Positions 39,260 to 49,889 of a stretch of DNA of 64,000 nt are shown here, one piece after another; the first letter of the stretch is position 1; each line of letters opens with the position of its first letter. The stretch is from positions 32,169 through 96,168 of the forward strand of contig CAKPDF010000004.1 in assembly GCA_934148535.1 (NCBI GenBank). Reading direction: 5' to 3'. The stretch comes from an uncultured Bacilli bacterium (lineage in GTDB: Bacteria > Bacillota_I > Bacilli_A > RF39 > UBA660). The position numbers and the translations under genes are program-made. Under the pieces are notes generated by a model. It was not told the origin of the DNA, searched no databases, and worked only from the letters and a program-made list of their open reading frames with translations.

Positions 39260-41806
39260 ATGCTTGATAAAAAATACAACCATATAGAAGTAGAAAAAGA
39301 TAAATATAACTTATGGAAAGAAAAACAATATTTTAAATCTGGGGATTTAAATAAAGCCCCATTTTGTATAGTTATTCCTCCTCCAAATGTAACAGGTAAA
39401 TTGCACATAGGACATGCCTGGGATACAACAATACAAGATATAATAATAAGATTTAAAAGAATGCAAGGATATGACACATTATGGTTACCAGGTATGGACC
39501 ATGCAGCTATAGCAACAGAAGTAAAAGTAATAAATAAACTAAAAGAAAATGGAATAGATAAATATGAACTAGGAAGAGAAAAATTTCTAGAAGAATGCTG
39601 GAAATGGAAAAATGAACATTCAGATTTAATACATGATCAATGGGCTAAATTAGGATTATCAGTAGATTATTCAAAAGAAAGATTTACTCTTGACGCCGGT
39701 TTAAACAAAGCTGTAACTAAAGTTTTTGTAGATTATTACAATAAAGGATTGATTTATAGAGGAGAAAAAATAATAAATTGGGACCCAAAGAATCAAACTG
39801 CATTATCAAATGAAGAAGTAATTTACAAAGACGTAGAAGGAGCCTTTTATCACATTAAATATTATTTAGAAAATAGTGATAAATATTTAGAAGTTGCAAC
39901 AACAAGACCAGAAACAATGTTTGGTGATACCGCTGTAGCAGTAAATCCTGATGATGAAAGATATAAAGATTTAATAGGAAAGAATGTAATATTGCCATTA
40001 GTAGAAAGAAAAATACCAATAATTGCAGATATTCATGCCGACCCAGAATTTGGAACAGGTGTAGTTAAAATAACTCCAGCCCACGATCCAAATGACTTTG
40101 AAGTAGGAAATAGACATAACTTAGAAAGAATAATAGTAATGAATCCAGATGGAACAATGAATGAAAACGCTGGAGTATATAAAGGACTTGACAGATTTGA
40201 ATGCAGAAAACAAGTAGTAGAAGACCTAGAAAAACAAGGATATTTAATCAATATTGAGAAAATAACTCACTCAGTAGGACACTCAGAAAGAACCGGAGTA
40301 ATGGTAGAACCATATCTATCAAAACAATGGTTTGTAAAAATGAGACCACTAGCAGATGCTGTTTTAAATAATCAAAAAAATAAAGACACAAAAGTAAATT
40401 TCGTTCCAGAAAGATATGAAAAAACAATGAACCATTGGATGGAAATAACATATGATTGGTGCATATCAAGACAACTATGGTGGGGACACAGAATACCAGC
40501 TTGGTACAAAGGTGATGAAATTTATGTAGGCATGGAAGCTCCAACTGAACCAGGTTGGGTACAAGATCCAGATGTTTTAGATACTTGGTTTTCATCAGCA
40601 TTATGGCCATTCAGTACACTAGGTTGGCCAGAAGAAACCGAAGACTTAAAAAGGTACTATCCAAACAATGCCCTAGTAACTGGATATGATATAATACCAT
40701 TCTGGGTAAACAGAATGACCTTCCAAGGATTAGAATTATTAGGTCAAAGACCATTTAAAGATTGTATAATTCATGGCTTAATAAGAGATAAAGAAGGAAG
40801 AAAAATGAGTAAATCCCTAGGAAATGGAGTAGACCCCATGGAAGTAATTAATACTTATGGAGCAGACTCATTAAGATACTTCTTAACCACAAATACCGCA
40901 TCAGGAATGGATTTAAGATATGATGAAGAAAAAGTAAAATCTACTTGGAATTTTATAAATAAATTATGGAATGCATCTAGATATACATTAATGACATTAG
41001 AAGATTTTAAATCTGAAGATTATACCCTAGATAACTTAGCAAAAGAAGATAAATGGATATTAACAAAATTAAACAAAACAATTAATGATGTCACAAAATC
41101 AATGGAAAAATATGATTTCAATATTGTAGGTAATACATTATATTCATTTATTTGGAATGATTTCTGTGACAAATATATTGAATTATCAAAATTTAGTAAA
41201 AATAATCAAACAAAAAGTGTTTTATTAAAAGTACTAACAGACATATTAAAAATGATGCATCCATTCATGCCGTATGTAACAGAAGAAATATATACAAAAC
41301 TACCAATAAAAGATGCAGAATCAATAATGATATCTCGTTATCCTCTATATAATAAAGATCAAGTATACATAAATGATGAAAAAGAAATAGATGATATATT
41401 AGAATTTATTACCTTATTTAGAAATAAGAAAAAAGAACTAAATATACCATCTACATATAAAGTAAAAATAGATATAAAATCTAAAGAATTAAAAGAATTA
41501 GTAATAAATATATTAAAATTAAAAGATAAAGAATTACCTTTCACTAACAATGAATTTATAGAAAAGATAGAAAAAAATAATTATAAAATAGAAATAGAAT
41601 TTGATAATAGTAAAAATAAAGAAGAAGAACGCTCAAACCTAGAACACGAAAAAGAAAAATTACTTAATTCTATAGAAAGAAGAAAAAAATTATTATCAAA
41701 TCAAAACTATGTTTCTAAAGCCCCTGCTAATATTGTAGAAAATGAAAGGTTAGCCTTAGAAAAAGAAGAAAAAGCTCTTGATTTAATCTTAGAAAAATTA
41801 AAATAA
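39260..41806 (+). CDS. valS: Valyl-tRNA synthetase
   Basis: HIGH motif [20 protein letters not shown] motif KMSKSLGN, C-terminal coiled coil. RBS AGGTGG before the ATG at 39260. Confidence 0.9.
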   Translation: MLDKKYNHIEVEKDKYNLWKEKQYFKSGDLNKAPFCIVIPPPNVTGKLHIGHAWDTTIQDIIIRFKRMQGYDTLWLPGMDHAAIATEVKVINKLKENGIDKYELGREKFLEECWKWKNEHSDLIHDQWAKLGLSVDYSKERFTLDAGLNKAVTKVFVDYYNKGLIYRGEKIINWDPKNQTALSNEEVIYKDVEGAFYHIKYYLENSDKYLEVATTRPETMFGDTAVAVNPDDERYKDLIGKNVILPLVERKIPIIADIHADPEFGTGVVKITPAHDPNDFEVGNRHNLERIIVMNPDGTMNENAGVYKGLDRFECRKQVVEDLEKQGYLINIEKITHSVGHSERTGVMVEPYLSKQWFVKMRPLADAVLNNQKNKDTKVNFVPERYEKTMNHWMEITYDWCISRQLWWGHRIPAWYKGDEIYVGMEAPTEPGWVQDPDVLDTWFSSALWPFSTLGWPEETEDLKRYYPNNALVTGYDIIPFWVNRMTFQGLELLGQRPFKDCIIHGLIRDKEGRKMSKSLGNGVDPMEVINTYGADSLRYFLTTNTASGMDLRYDEEKVKSTWNFINKLWNASRYTLMTLEDFKSEDYTLDNLAKEDKWILTKLNKTINDVTKSMEKYDFNIVGNTLYSFIWNDFCDKYIELSKFSKNNQTKSVLLKVLTDILKMMHPFMPYVTEEIYTKLPIKDAESIMISRYPLYNKDQVYINDEKEIDDILEFITLFRNKKKELNIPSTYKVKIDIKSKELKELVINILKLKDKELPFTNNEFIEKIEKNNYKIEIEFDNSKNKEEERSNLEHEKEKLLNSIERRKKLLSNQNYVSKAPANIVENERLALEKEEKALDLILEKLK

Positions 41807-41898
41807 GATACAATTAAGAAACGCAAAAATATATCCCAATAAAAATAAATACTTTAATATTAATACTTATTAATAAACGAAAAGGAGTGAATTAAATT

Positions 41899-42369
41899 AT
41901 GAATTATTGTCCAAAATGTGGAAATAAAGTTGATGAAAATATTACATATTGCCCAAATTGTGGAGCTAGATTAGAAGAAGGAAATACTACAATTATAAAT
42001 AACTATTATAATAATGTTCCCCCAATAGAAGAAAGAAATATTGCTATGGTAATAATATTATCTCTTATTACTTGTGGTATATATGGAATATATTGGTTTG
42101 TAAAAATGACAGATGAAGCAAAACAATTATCTTCTTCAGATAATGCTGGCGGTGGATTAGCATTTGTATATACTTTAATAACTTGTGGAATATATACAAT
42201 TTATTGGAATTACAAAATGGGTAAAAACATGTATGAAGCAGGTCAAAAATATGAAATAAACATCGAAGATAATTCAGTAATATATTTAGTTTTATCATTA
42301 TTTGGATTAGGAATTGTAAGCGAATGTTTAATGCAGAATGATTTAAATAAATTTGCCAATGTTAGATAG
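41899..42369 (+). CDS. Zinc-ribbon domain membrane protein
   Basis: CPKCG...CPNCG zinc ribbon followed by two TM helices. Confidence 0.5.
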   Translation: MNYCPKCGNKVDENITYCPNCGARLEEGNTTIINNYYNNVPPIEERNIAMVIILSLITCGIYGIYWFVKMTDEAKQLSSSDNAGGGLAFVYTLITCGIYTIYWNYKMGKNMYEAGQKYEINIEDNSVIYLVLSLFGLGIVSECLMQNDLNKFANVR

Positions 42370-42760
42370 TAAAAGAATAAGAAAATTAATATTATCTTTA
42401 TTAATTATAATAATAATGTTAATTTTCTTTCTTTATTTAAACAAAAATTATGGATTTTACATTCCTTGCTTATTTCATAAACTAACTAATTTATATTGCC
42501 CTGGATGTGGAATAACAAGATGTATTGTATCTTTATTAAAAGGAAATATATCTGAAGCATTTAAATATAATCAACTTGCTTTTATCCTATTACCATTCTT
42601 AACAGTATACTTTATCTATAAAATATATCTTTATTTAACTAATAGTCAAGATAAAATTATTAAAAAAATTCCAAATATTATCTGGATCATTTTACTAATA
42701 ATAACAATACTATTTGGAATATTAAGAAATATCAAATATTTTACATTTTTAAGACCATAA
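42353..42760 (+). CDS. DUF2752-family membrane protein
   Basis: CPGCGITRCI motif typical of DUF2752. Overlaps the upstream stop. Confidence 0.5.
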   Translation: MPMLDSKRIRKLILSLLIIIIMLIFFLYLNKNYGFYIPCLFHKLTNLYCPGCGITRCIVSLLKGNISEAFKYNQLAFILLPFLTVYFIYKIYLYLTNSQDKIIKKIPNIIWIILLIITILFGILRNIKYFTFLRP

Positions 42761-42815
42761 GAATATATAACATAATATTCTTATTTTTTTGCATAATAAT
42801 AAAGAGGTGAAATTG

Positions 42816-43523
42816 ATGGATACAGTACCAAATATAATATTTAGAACAATTTTAGTATTAGTATTTTTATTTATATTAACAAAAATAATGGGAAAAAAAC
42901 AAGTATCCCAATTGAATATCTTTGATTATGCAATAGGAATAACAATGGGCTCAATAGCAGCAGATATATCACTAGATATAGAAAAAAATATGATAGGTGG
43001 ATTAATATCATTAGGAATATATGGCTTATCAGAAGTATTTATTTCTATATTAACCCTAAAAAGCATAACAGCAAGAAAAATATTTACTGGAACACCAAGA
43101 ACATTAATAGAAAATAATAAAATACTATATAAAAATATGAAAAAAGAAAAAATAGATATCAATGATTTGCAAGAAGAAGCAAGACAACAAGGATATTTTA
43201 ATCTAGAAGATATAAACTATGCAATATTAGAAACAAATGGAAAAATAAGCTTTTTACCCAAAACAGAAAAGACACCACCTACCAAAAAAGAACTAAATGT
43301 AAATTATAATCAAGAATCATTAGTAGCAAATATAATTATAGACAGTAAATTACTAGAAAATAATCTAAAAAATATGAATAAAGATATAAAATGGTTAAAT
43401 CAACAATTAAAAATAAAAGGATACAAAGATTATTCAAAGATTCTTTTAGCGACTCTAGATAATAACGAAAAAATAGTAGTATACGAAAAAAATAACAAAA
43501 AAGATAAGCAAATCCTAGAATAA
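42816..43523 (+). CDS. YetF/DUF421-family membrane protein
   Basis: N-terminal TM helices plus the conserved QLNIFDYAIGITMGSIAA segment of DUF421. RBS AGAGGTGA before the ATG at 42816. Confidence 0.5.
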   Translation: MDTVPNIIFRTILVLVFLFILTKIMGKKQVSQLNIFDYAIGITMGSIAADISLDIEKNMIGGLISLGIYGLSEVFISILTLKSITARKIFTGTPRTLIENNKILYKNMKKEKIDINDLQEEARQQGYFNLEDINYAILETNGKISFLPKTEKTPPTKKELNVNYNQESLVANIIIDSKLLENNLKNMNKDIKWLNQQLKIKGYKDYSKILLATLDNNEKIVVYEKNNKKDKQILE

Positions 43524-43659
43524 AATTATTATAATTTAAAAGAACTAATTTGCTAATTAATATTGAGTTTTTATAATATTTAATATAAAATTAAACTAGA
43601 ATTAAAATTTTAACAGATTAAAATTAGTAAAGCAGCAAATATAGAAGGAGTATAGAAGT

Positions 43660-44241
43660 ATGAAAGAAAATTTTGATAATCTATTAAAAAAATTAAAAAA
43701 ATGTGAAATCTGCAAAGAAAAATTTGGCTTTCAACCACATCCTATATTTTTAGGAAATATTAATTCAAAAATAGTTCAAATTAGTCAAGCACCATCCGCT
43801 ACAGTTCATAAAACTTTAAAGCCATTTACAGATCAAAGTGGTAAAAGGTTAAAATATGAATGGTATATGATAGATGATAAAACTTTTTATAATCCAAATA
43901 ATTTTTATATAGCAGCTCTTTCTCATTGTTATCCAGGAAAAGATAAAAATGGTAACGATAAAACTCCACCCAAAAATTGTTACGAAACCTGGATAAAAAA
44001 AGAATTAGAATATATAAACAATAAACTATATATAATAATAGGAGCAAAATCCGCAAAAACATTTTTTCCTAATGAAAATTTTAACAAATTAGTCTTTAAA
44101 AATAATTACATCAACGGAAAGCCAGCAATTGTCTTACCACATCCATCACCTTTAAATATAAAATGGTTTAAAGATCACCCAGAATTTATGCAAAAAAGAA
44201 TAATGGAAGTAAGAAAAATAATAAATGAAACATTAAATTAA
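43660..44241 (+). CDS. Uracil-DNA glycosylase superfamily protein
   Basis: C-terminal HPSPLN motif (LPHPSPLNIKW) characteristic of UDG families 4-6. N-terminal Cys pair. Confidence 0.5.
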   Translation: MKENFDNLLKKLKKCEICKEKFGFQPHPIFLGNINSKIVQISQAPSATVHKTLKPFTDQSGKRLKYEWYMIDDKTFYNPNNFYIAALSHCYPGKDKNGNDKTPPKNCYETWIKKELEYINNKLYIIIGAKSAKTFFPNENFNKLVFKNNYINGKPAIVLPHPSPLNIKWFKDHPEFMQKRIMEVRKIINETLN

Positions 44242-44309
44242 AAAATACATAATAATAATTATAATTTATATTTTTCACCATTATTTCATATATTTATTTA
44301 GGTGATATA

Positions 44310-44969
44310 ATGAAAAAATACAAATCACTATTACTAGTAATAACTTTAATATCAATATTTACCTTATCAAAAACAAATGCCATAATAAATGATTATTCAT
44401 TACTAGGAAAAACAATCTACTTAGACGCAGGACACGGAGGTAAGGATTCGGGTGCTATATCTAGAGATATAATAGAAAAAGACTTAAATTTACAACTATC
44501 AAAATTATTAGAAAAATATCTCACTGAAAAAGGAGCATATGTATTACAAACAAGAGATGGAGATTACGATCTATCATCATCTACAATAAATAGAAAAAGA
44601 AATGATTTATACAATAGAGCAAAAATAATAAATGACTCAAAATCAGATTTATATATATCGATTCATTTAAATTCATCAACGGTTTCAACCTGGAAAGGTA
44701 TTCAAGTATTTTACACTAAAACAAATAAAGAAAATAAGTTATTAGCAAATACCATAACAGAAAATTTAAAAGAAAATATTAAAAATGTAAAAGACATAAA
44801 AGAAGAAAATAATTACTATATGTATCCAAAAATAAAAATACCAGGAGTATTAATAGAAGCAGGATTTATCTCAAATCCAAGTGATAATTATCTATTAAGA
44901 AAAAAAGAATATCAAGAAAAGTTATTAAAAGATATTGTAAAAGGAATAGAAGAATATTTTAATGAATAA
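44310..44969 (+). CDS. N-acetylmuramoyl-L-alanine amidase (Amidase_3; CwlD-like)
   Basis: Signal anchor, Zn-ligand motifs IYLDAGHGGKDSGA and YISIHLNS, C-terminal VLIEAGFISNPSD. Confidence 0.8.
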   Translation: MKKYKSLLLVITLISIFTLSKTNAIINDYSLLGKTIYLDAGHGGKDSGAISRDIIEKDLNLQLSKLLEKYLTEKGAYVLQTRDGDYDLSSSTINRKRNDLYNRAKIINDSKSDLYISIHLNSSTVSTWKGIQVFYTKTNKENKLLANTITENLKENIKNVKDIKEENNYYMYPKIKIPGVLIEAGFISNPSDNYLLRKKEYQEKLLKDIVKGIEEYFNE

Positions 44970-45006
44970 GAAATAATTTCTAAGTCAGATTTTATTTCTT
45001 TTTTAA
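44969..45006 (+). terminator. Rho-independent terminator of the amidase gene
   Basis: AGAAATAA...TTATTTCT stem, then TTTTTAAAT. Confidence 0.5.
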
Positions 45007-45196
45007 ATAATGTTAAATTCATAATGAAAGAATGTTTGTAAAAAGAGTAATTATATAGTGTAGAAAACAAGTTGATTATAATTCAAGATGCATCCAGTAT
45101 TTCAATATTAAAATGTATGTAAAAAAACATATTCTTTCTTAAAAATTATAATATTACATATAATTAATAATGTTTATTTGCATCAGACATATTATC

Positions 45197-45229
45197 AATT
45201 GCATCATTTTGCACTATAATGATGCAATT
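45197..45229. repeat. Perfect 12-bp inverted repeat AATTGCATCATT-N9-AATGATGCAATT
   Basis: Seen directly in the sequence. The loop contains TATAAT. An A-run follows on the + strand. Confidence 0.7.
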
Positions 45230-45235
45230 AAAAAA

Positions 45236-45302
45236 ATTATTGTTAAAAATATTGTAAAAGGGATAGAAAATTATTTCAATAATAAAAAAATTATAGTATA
45301 AT
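45236..45302 (+). pseudogene. Degenerate duplicate of the 3' end of the Amidase_3 gene (remnant)
   Basis: ATTATTGTTAAAAATATTGTAAAAGGGATAGAAAATTATTTCAATAATAA versus the gene end (44921-44969) GTTATTAAAAGATATTGTAAAAGGAATAGAAGAATATTTTAATGAATAA. Encodes IVKNIVKGIENYFNN versus LLKDIVKGIEEYFNE. Confidence 0.45.
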
Positions 45303-45317
45303 TATAATAGCAGGTGA

Positions 45318-45680
45318 ATGTCTATGGAAAAAGTATACTTAAAATATGATGATGTAAGACCATATGTAGAATGTGACTATGGACCAGTTTGGGAAATGCT
45401 ATATCTAGGTCCATTCTACCCATTAAGAAAAAAAGATACAAAATTCTTCATATTAATATTATTATTACAAATAGCGATATCTACAATAATGCTTATAATA
45501 TTACCCCCACCAGCAAGCATCGTAACTTGCCTAATAATGATATTCTTAATAAATCTATTATTTTCTCTTAATTATAACATGATAATAATAGAATATCTTT
45601 TAAAAGAAGGATACTATCCAATGGACTATAAATCATCAGATAAATTAATAAAAAAAGGAATATACTTCAAATTACAATAG
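45318..45680 (+). CDS. Hypothetical small membrane protein
   Basis: Two hydrophobic helices. RBS GCAGGTGAA upstream. Confidence 0.35.
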   Translation: MSMEKVYLKYDDVRPYVECDYGPVWEMLYLGPFYPLRKKDTKFFILILLLQIAISTIMLIILPPPASIVTCLIMIFLINLLFSLNYNMIIIEYLLKEGYYPMDYKSSDKLIKKGIYFKLQ

Positions 45681-45696
45681 TATATTCTTTTCTTTT

Positions 45697-46683
45697 TTAA
45701 AATTCAAAATATTTAAGTTCTAACTTACTACCACAATCAAGCCCAGTTAAATAAGATAAATTCTTAAATATAACATTTAACTTTCTTTCATTAATATTAC
45801 CACTACTAAGCATTCTATCAACTTCTTCTATAGCGTACTCACACTTATCTATAGCCATATTATATAAATCAAAGAATGAATATGTATATGATATCTTTTT
45901 ATCACAAGGATGAAACCATTTATCATGATCTAAATTTAAATACATCTTCTTTTTCTCATAATCACCCCTATAACTAAAAGATTTAATCTTAGTAATCCAC
46001 TTAGGAGTAAAACTATCAATAAAACTATAAAATTTCTTTTTTATTCCAAAATAATCATAACTAATAATCCTAAAAAACAATCTCATATCATTAATAGATT
46101 TTAAATATACCTTCCACATATCATCATTATCATAAAAAATAGAATAAGTATAATTAATACATTTCTTAAGTTCACTATCCATACCATTAACATTCAAAAA
46201 CATCTTATGTATCTTATACTTACAAGGATTAATCTTTTCTCTATCATGTATCATATATCTATCAACAAAAAACTCCATATCAAAATGTAGAGCATTATAT
46301 TTATAACTACTAACATCCTTAGAATTAAATTTACCAGTCTTATAAAAAATAAAAGGATGACACATAGAATCTAAAAAGTAATGGCACATATATCCATATA
46401 AAAAACTAACTACAGAAGATTTATCATATAAATTATTATCATTTATATAATAAATAAGCCTCTTAAAAAAGCACCTAGTATCTTTAGTATGTACTGTACT
46501 ACCCAAATCAAAAATCTTTTTAGCCTCTTTCCCTATAAAATTATTATAAAAATATAAAACATCAGGTCCTTGACAAAACATCTTATATAACTCTATATCT
46601 TCACAAAATCTATATTTAATTTTAGAATTTAATTTATTATATACATCCATCCCAAAATAAGTATGCGTAACTGAACTAGGCAT
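45697..46683 (-). CDS. Zinc-dependent phospholipase C-like protein. No signal peptide.
   Basis: N-terminal VTHTYFG and HYFLDSMCHPF (H..LD...HP.H), resembling the Zn-ligand motifs of the Zn-PLC/P1-nuclease fold. Confidence 0.4.
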   Translation of the reverse strand: MPSSVTHTYFGMDVYNKLNSKIKYRFCEDIELYKMFCQGPDVLYFYNNFIGKEAKKIFDLGSTVHTKDTRCFFKRLIYYINDNNLYDKSSVVSFLYGYMCHYFLDSMCHPFIFYKTGKFNSKDVSSYKYNALHFDMEFFVDRYMIHDREKINPCKYKIHKMFLNVNGMDSELKKCINYTYSIFYDNDDMWKVYLKSINDMRLFFRIISYDYFGIKKKFYSFIDSFTPKWITKIKSFSYRGDYEKKKMYLNLDHDKWFHPCDKKISYTYSFFDLYNMAIDKCEYAIEEVDRMLSSGNINERKLNVIFKNLSYLTGLDCGSKLELKYFEF

Positions 46684-46796
46684 ATAACCACTCCAATCAT
46701 CAACTAATTATATCATAAAATAATCTACAATATTCCAAAAATAATATCAATTTTATAATGTTTATGATATAATGTAAAAAGTAGGGTGATACACGA

Positions 46797-47723
46797 ATGG
46801 AAAAGAATTTTAAAACAATAGATGAACAATTAGAAATATTAAAAACAAAAGGATTAATTATAGAAGATGAAGAAGAAACCAAAGAAATATTATTAAGAGA
46901 AAATTACTTCTTCATAAATGGATATAGAATATTACTAATGAATTCCTATAGCGACAAAACCTTTGTACCAGGAGCAACATTTAGAGAACTATACTCAATA
47001 TTCTTATTTGATAGATATTTTAGAAATATATTATTCAAAAATATGATGATAATAGAAAATCAATTAAAATCAGTAATATCATACCAATTATCCAAAAAAT
47101 ATGGTTATCATGACAAAGACTATCTAAATCCCAAAAACTTCACACAAGATAAAACAAAATCAAGAAGAGTAAGAGATTTAATAGAAAAAATGAAAAGACA
47201 AGTAAGAGTAAACGGTGCTCATCATATGGCTACAATGCACTATATGAATAACTATGGTTATATACCGTTATGGGTATTAGTAAAAGTACTATCATTTGGA
47301 ATAGTCTGTGAATTATATACAATATTAAAACCAGAAGATCAATTAGCAGTAGCAGATATCTTTAATACAACACCAGAGTACTTAGAAAATTTCTTACCAA
47401 TATTAGCAAATTACCGTAACCTATGTGCCCATGAAGATGTAGTATATGAACATCGCACTGAAAAAACAATATTTAACACTATTTATCATGAAAAATTAGA
47501 AATACCAAGAATGGACGATGAATATATCTACGGAAAAGATGACATTTTAGCACTCCTAATAATATTAAAATATTTACTAAGAAAAGAAGATTTCAGGTTA
47601 TTAATGAAAGAAATAGAATATGAAATAGAAAAATTAGACGGAAGAATAGACTCAATTCCAATAGAAAAAATAATGGATAGAATGGGACTACCTTCTAATT
47701 ACATGGATTTAATAGAATTATAA
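46797..47723 (+). CDS. Abi family abortive-infection protein (Abi_2; AbiD/AbiF-like)
   Basis: Hallmark N-terminus KTIDEQLEILKTKGLIIEDEEETKEILLRENYFFINGYRILL and central ...LCAHEDVVYEHR. Confidence 0.75.
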   Translation: MEKNFKTIDEQLEILKTKGLIIEDEEETKEILLRENYFFINGYRILLMNSYSDKTFVPGATFRELYSIFLFDRYFRNILFKNMMIIENQLKSVISYQLSKKYGYHDKDYLNPKNFTQDKTKSRRVRDLIEKMKRQVRVNGAHHMATMHYMNNYGYIPLWVLVKVLSFGIVCELYTILKPEDQLAVADIFNTTPEYLENFLPILANYRNLCAHEDVVYEHRTEKTIFNTIYHEKLEIPRMDDEYIYGKDDILALLIILKYLLRKEDFRLLMKEIEYEIEKLDGRIDSIPIEKIMDRMGLPSNYMDLIEL

Positions 47724-47745
47724 AAAAGTAGAAAAGAGGTATGTA

Positions 47746-48840
47746 ATGAAGAAAAATAATATTATAACAATCATAATAGTATCAATATTATTATCATTTC
47801 TTTGTGGGTTTATCGGATCGTATATTGTAATAAATAATACCACCATAGGCCAAAATGTAATTAAAAATATAACAAAATCAAACTATACTGACAACTCTAT
47901 AGCAGATGCCGTTGATAAAATATATGACGCTACAGTAGTAGTAGAAGGATATAAAGAAAATACTCTAGTATCAACAGGAACAGGATTTGCCTATAAAAAG
48001 GAAAATGATACAGCATTTATAATGACAAATAATCATGTAGTAAATGACTGTGATTCCGTAAAACTAATATTATCAGATAATACTGAAATAGATGCTAGTA
48101 TAAAAGGAAAAGAAACATATTCAGATATAGCAGTACTTACAACAGATGCAAGTAAAATAAAGAAAATTGCTACTCTTGGTAGTACCGAAAAAATCTCTTC
48201 AGGAGACACAGTATTCACAATAGGTTCTCCCCAAGGAGCAGAATTCTTTGGAACAGTAACAAAAGGAGTACTATCATCAAAAGACAGACTAGTAGCAGTA
48301 AGTTATTCTAATCAAGTATCAGATTACTATATGAAAGTATTACAAACAGATGCCGCAATAAATCCTGGTAACAGTGGTGGTCCTATCTGTAATATAAATG
48401 GAGAAGTAATAGGTATAACAAATATGAAACTAGTAGATAATTCAGTAGAAGGAATGGGATTTGCTATCCCTATTGAAGATGCCATATATTATGCTAATAT
48501 ATTAGAAGAAAATGGTAAATTATCTAGACCATATGTAGGTATAAGTATGATAGATATAACTGATGAATATACACTGTATCAATATAAAGTCCAAGTACCT
48601 TCAAATATTACTAAAGGAATAGTAGTATTAGAAGTACAAGACCCGTCTCCCGCTAAAACATCAGGATTAAAAAAAGGAGATATAATAACTTCTATAGCAG
48701 GAAATAATATAACCTCAGTAGCAGATTTTAGATATGAATTATATAAGCATCAAATAGGAGAAGAAATAGAAATAAAATTTATAAGAAATAATAAAGAAAA
48801 GAAAACAACAATAAAATTAGAAGAAAATAAAGACTCTTAA
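47746..48840 (+). CDS. htrA: HtrA/DegP-family serine protease (trypsin-like domain + PDZ) with an N-terminal TM anchor
   Basis: Catalytic triad context (TNNHVV, ...SDIAVL, NPGNSGGP). C-terminal PDZ (...GLKKGDIITSIAG). Confidence 0.85.
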   Translation: MKKNNIITIIIVSILLSFLCGFIGSYIVINNTTIGQNVIKNITKSNYTDNSIADAVDKIYDATVVVEGYKENTLVSTGTGFAYKKENDTAFIMTNNHVVNDCDSVKLILSDNTEIDASIKGKETYSDIAVLTTDASKIKKIATLGSTEKISSGDTVFTIGSPQGAEFFGTVTKGVLSSKDRLVAVSYSNQVSDYYMKVLQTDAAINPGNSGGPICNINGEVIGITNMKLVDNSVEGMGFAIPIEDAIYYANILEENGKLSRPYVGISMIDITDEYTLYQYKVQVPSNITKGIVVLEVQDPSPAKTSGLKKGDIITSIAGNNITSVADFRYELYKHQIGEEIEIKFIRNNKEKKTTIKLEENKDS

Positions 48841-48931
48841 TGAGCCTTTTTAATTGTACAATACGTCATATATGTAAATAATACTAAAGTATAAATTTAA
48901 ACTATTGCTATATATTATCTATTATAATTAA

Positions 48932-49465
48932 TTATTTTTTAATATCTATACCATATCCATTATGTAATGTATCATAAAATATATAATTATGAAAAGGACG
49001 ATAAGTTAAAATAATAAATATAACATATCCCCAAATTAAGAAAATAATAGAAATACTATTCCATATATTTAAATCTTTATATTTCATAATATTATAAGAA
49101 ATTAAAGAAATAATTCCATAAACTATAAGCATTAGCATAATAGAAATAATTAAGTTTTCTCCCATAAAGTTATAAATAGGTAAATAAATAATTAAATAAA
49201 TAATAATAGAACTAAAACAAGATATAAATAGACTTAAAGAAAAATTATTATATTTTATTCTATTTATCTTTAATAGAAAATATTTAATAACACTACCCAA
49301 TATAATAGAAGTATACAATATTTTCATATGTTCCCAAATACTTTCATTAACAGGACAAAAGAAAGATACAAAAGTATAAGGAAAAAAGTCATACATAAAG
49401 TGAATTAAAAAAGAAATAATAAATATGCTTATTGTAGTAATACCCTCAATTTTTTTTAAATTCAT
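48932..49465 (-). CDS. Hypothetical polytopic membrane protein
   Basis: 5-6 predicted TM helices. No motif recognised. Confidence 0.4.
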   Translation of the reverse strand: MNLKKIEGITTISIFIISFLIHFMYDFFPYTFVSFFCPVNESIWEHMKILYTSIILGSVIKYFLLKINRIKYNNFSLSLFISCFSSIIIYLIIYLPIYNFMGENLIISIMLMLIVYGIISLISYNIMKYKDLNIWNSISIIFLIWGYVIFIILTYRPFHNYIFYDTLHNGYGIDIKK

Positions 49466-49604
49466 GTTTCCTCCTAATAAATAATACCAAATAAAAATAG
49501 AAATAGACCAAAATAAATTTTAATTATTTGTTAATTATTCCTTGTAGTAATTTAGAAACTATGATATAATCAATTTAGAATAAAGGATACTAGGAGGAAT
49601 AAAA

Positions 49605-49889
49605 ATGGGGACTAGAAAAATGATAAATCTAATAAATGAATTAGGAGAAATAAACAGAATAGAGTTATTATGCGCTTTTGAAGTAGAAGAACTTAATAAT
49701 AAATATATAATATATACCAAAAATGAAAAAACAGAAGAAGGACATTGTATAATATATTCTGGTAAATTAATAGAAAAAGATAAAGAACAACAATTAGTAA
49801 ATATAGAAGATGGAAGAGAATGGGAAGAATTAAAAAATATTATGAAACAAATGACAAAATATAGTTTAGAAGGTGATGTAAATGAATAA
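49605..49889 (+). CDS. DUF1292-family small acidic protein
   Basis: Pattern ...EINRIELLCAFEVEELNNKYIIYT...GHCIIYSGKLIE...LVNIEDGREWEELKNIM matches the DUF1292 consensus. Confidence 0.45.
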   Translation: MGTRKMINLINELGEINRIELLCAFEVEELNNKYIIYTKNEKTEEGHCIIYSGKLIEKDKEQQLVNIEDGREWEELKNIMKQMTKYSLEGDVNE

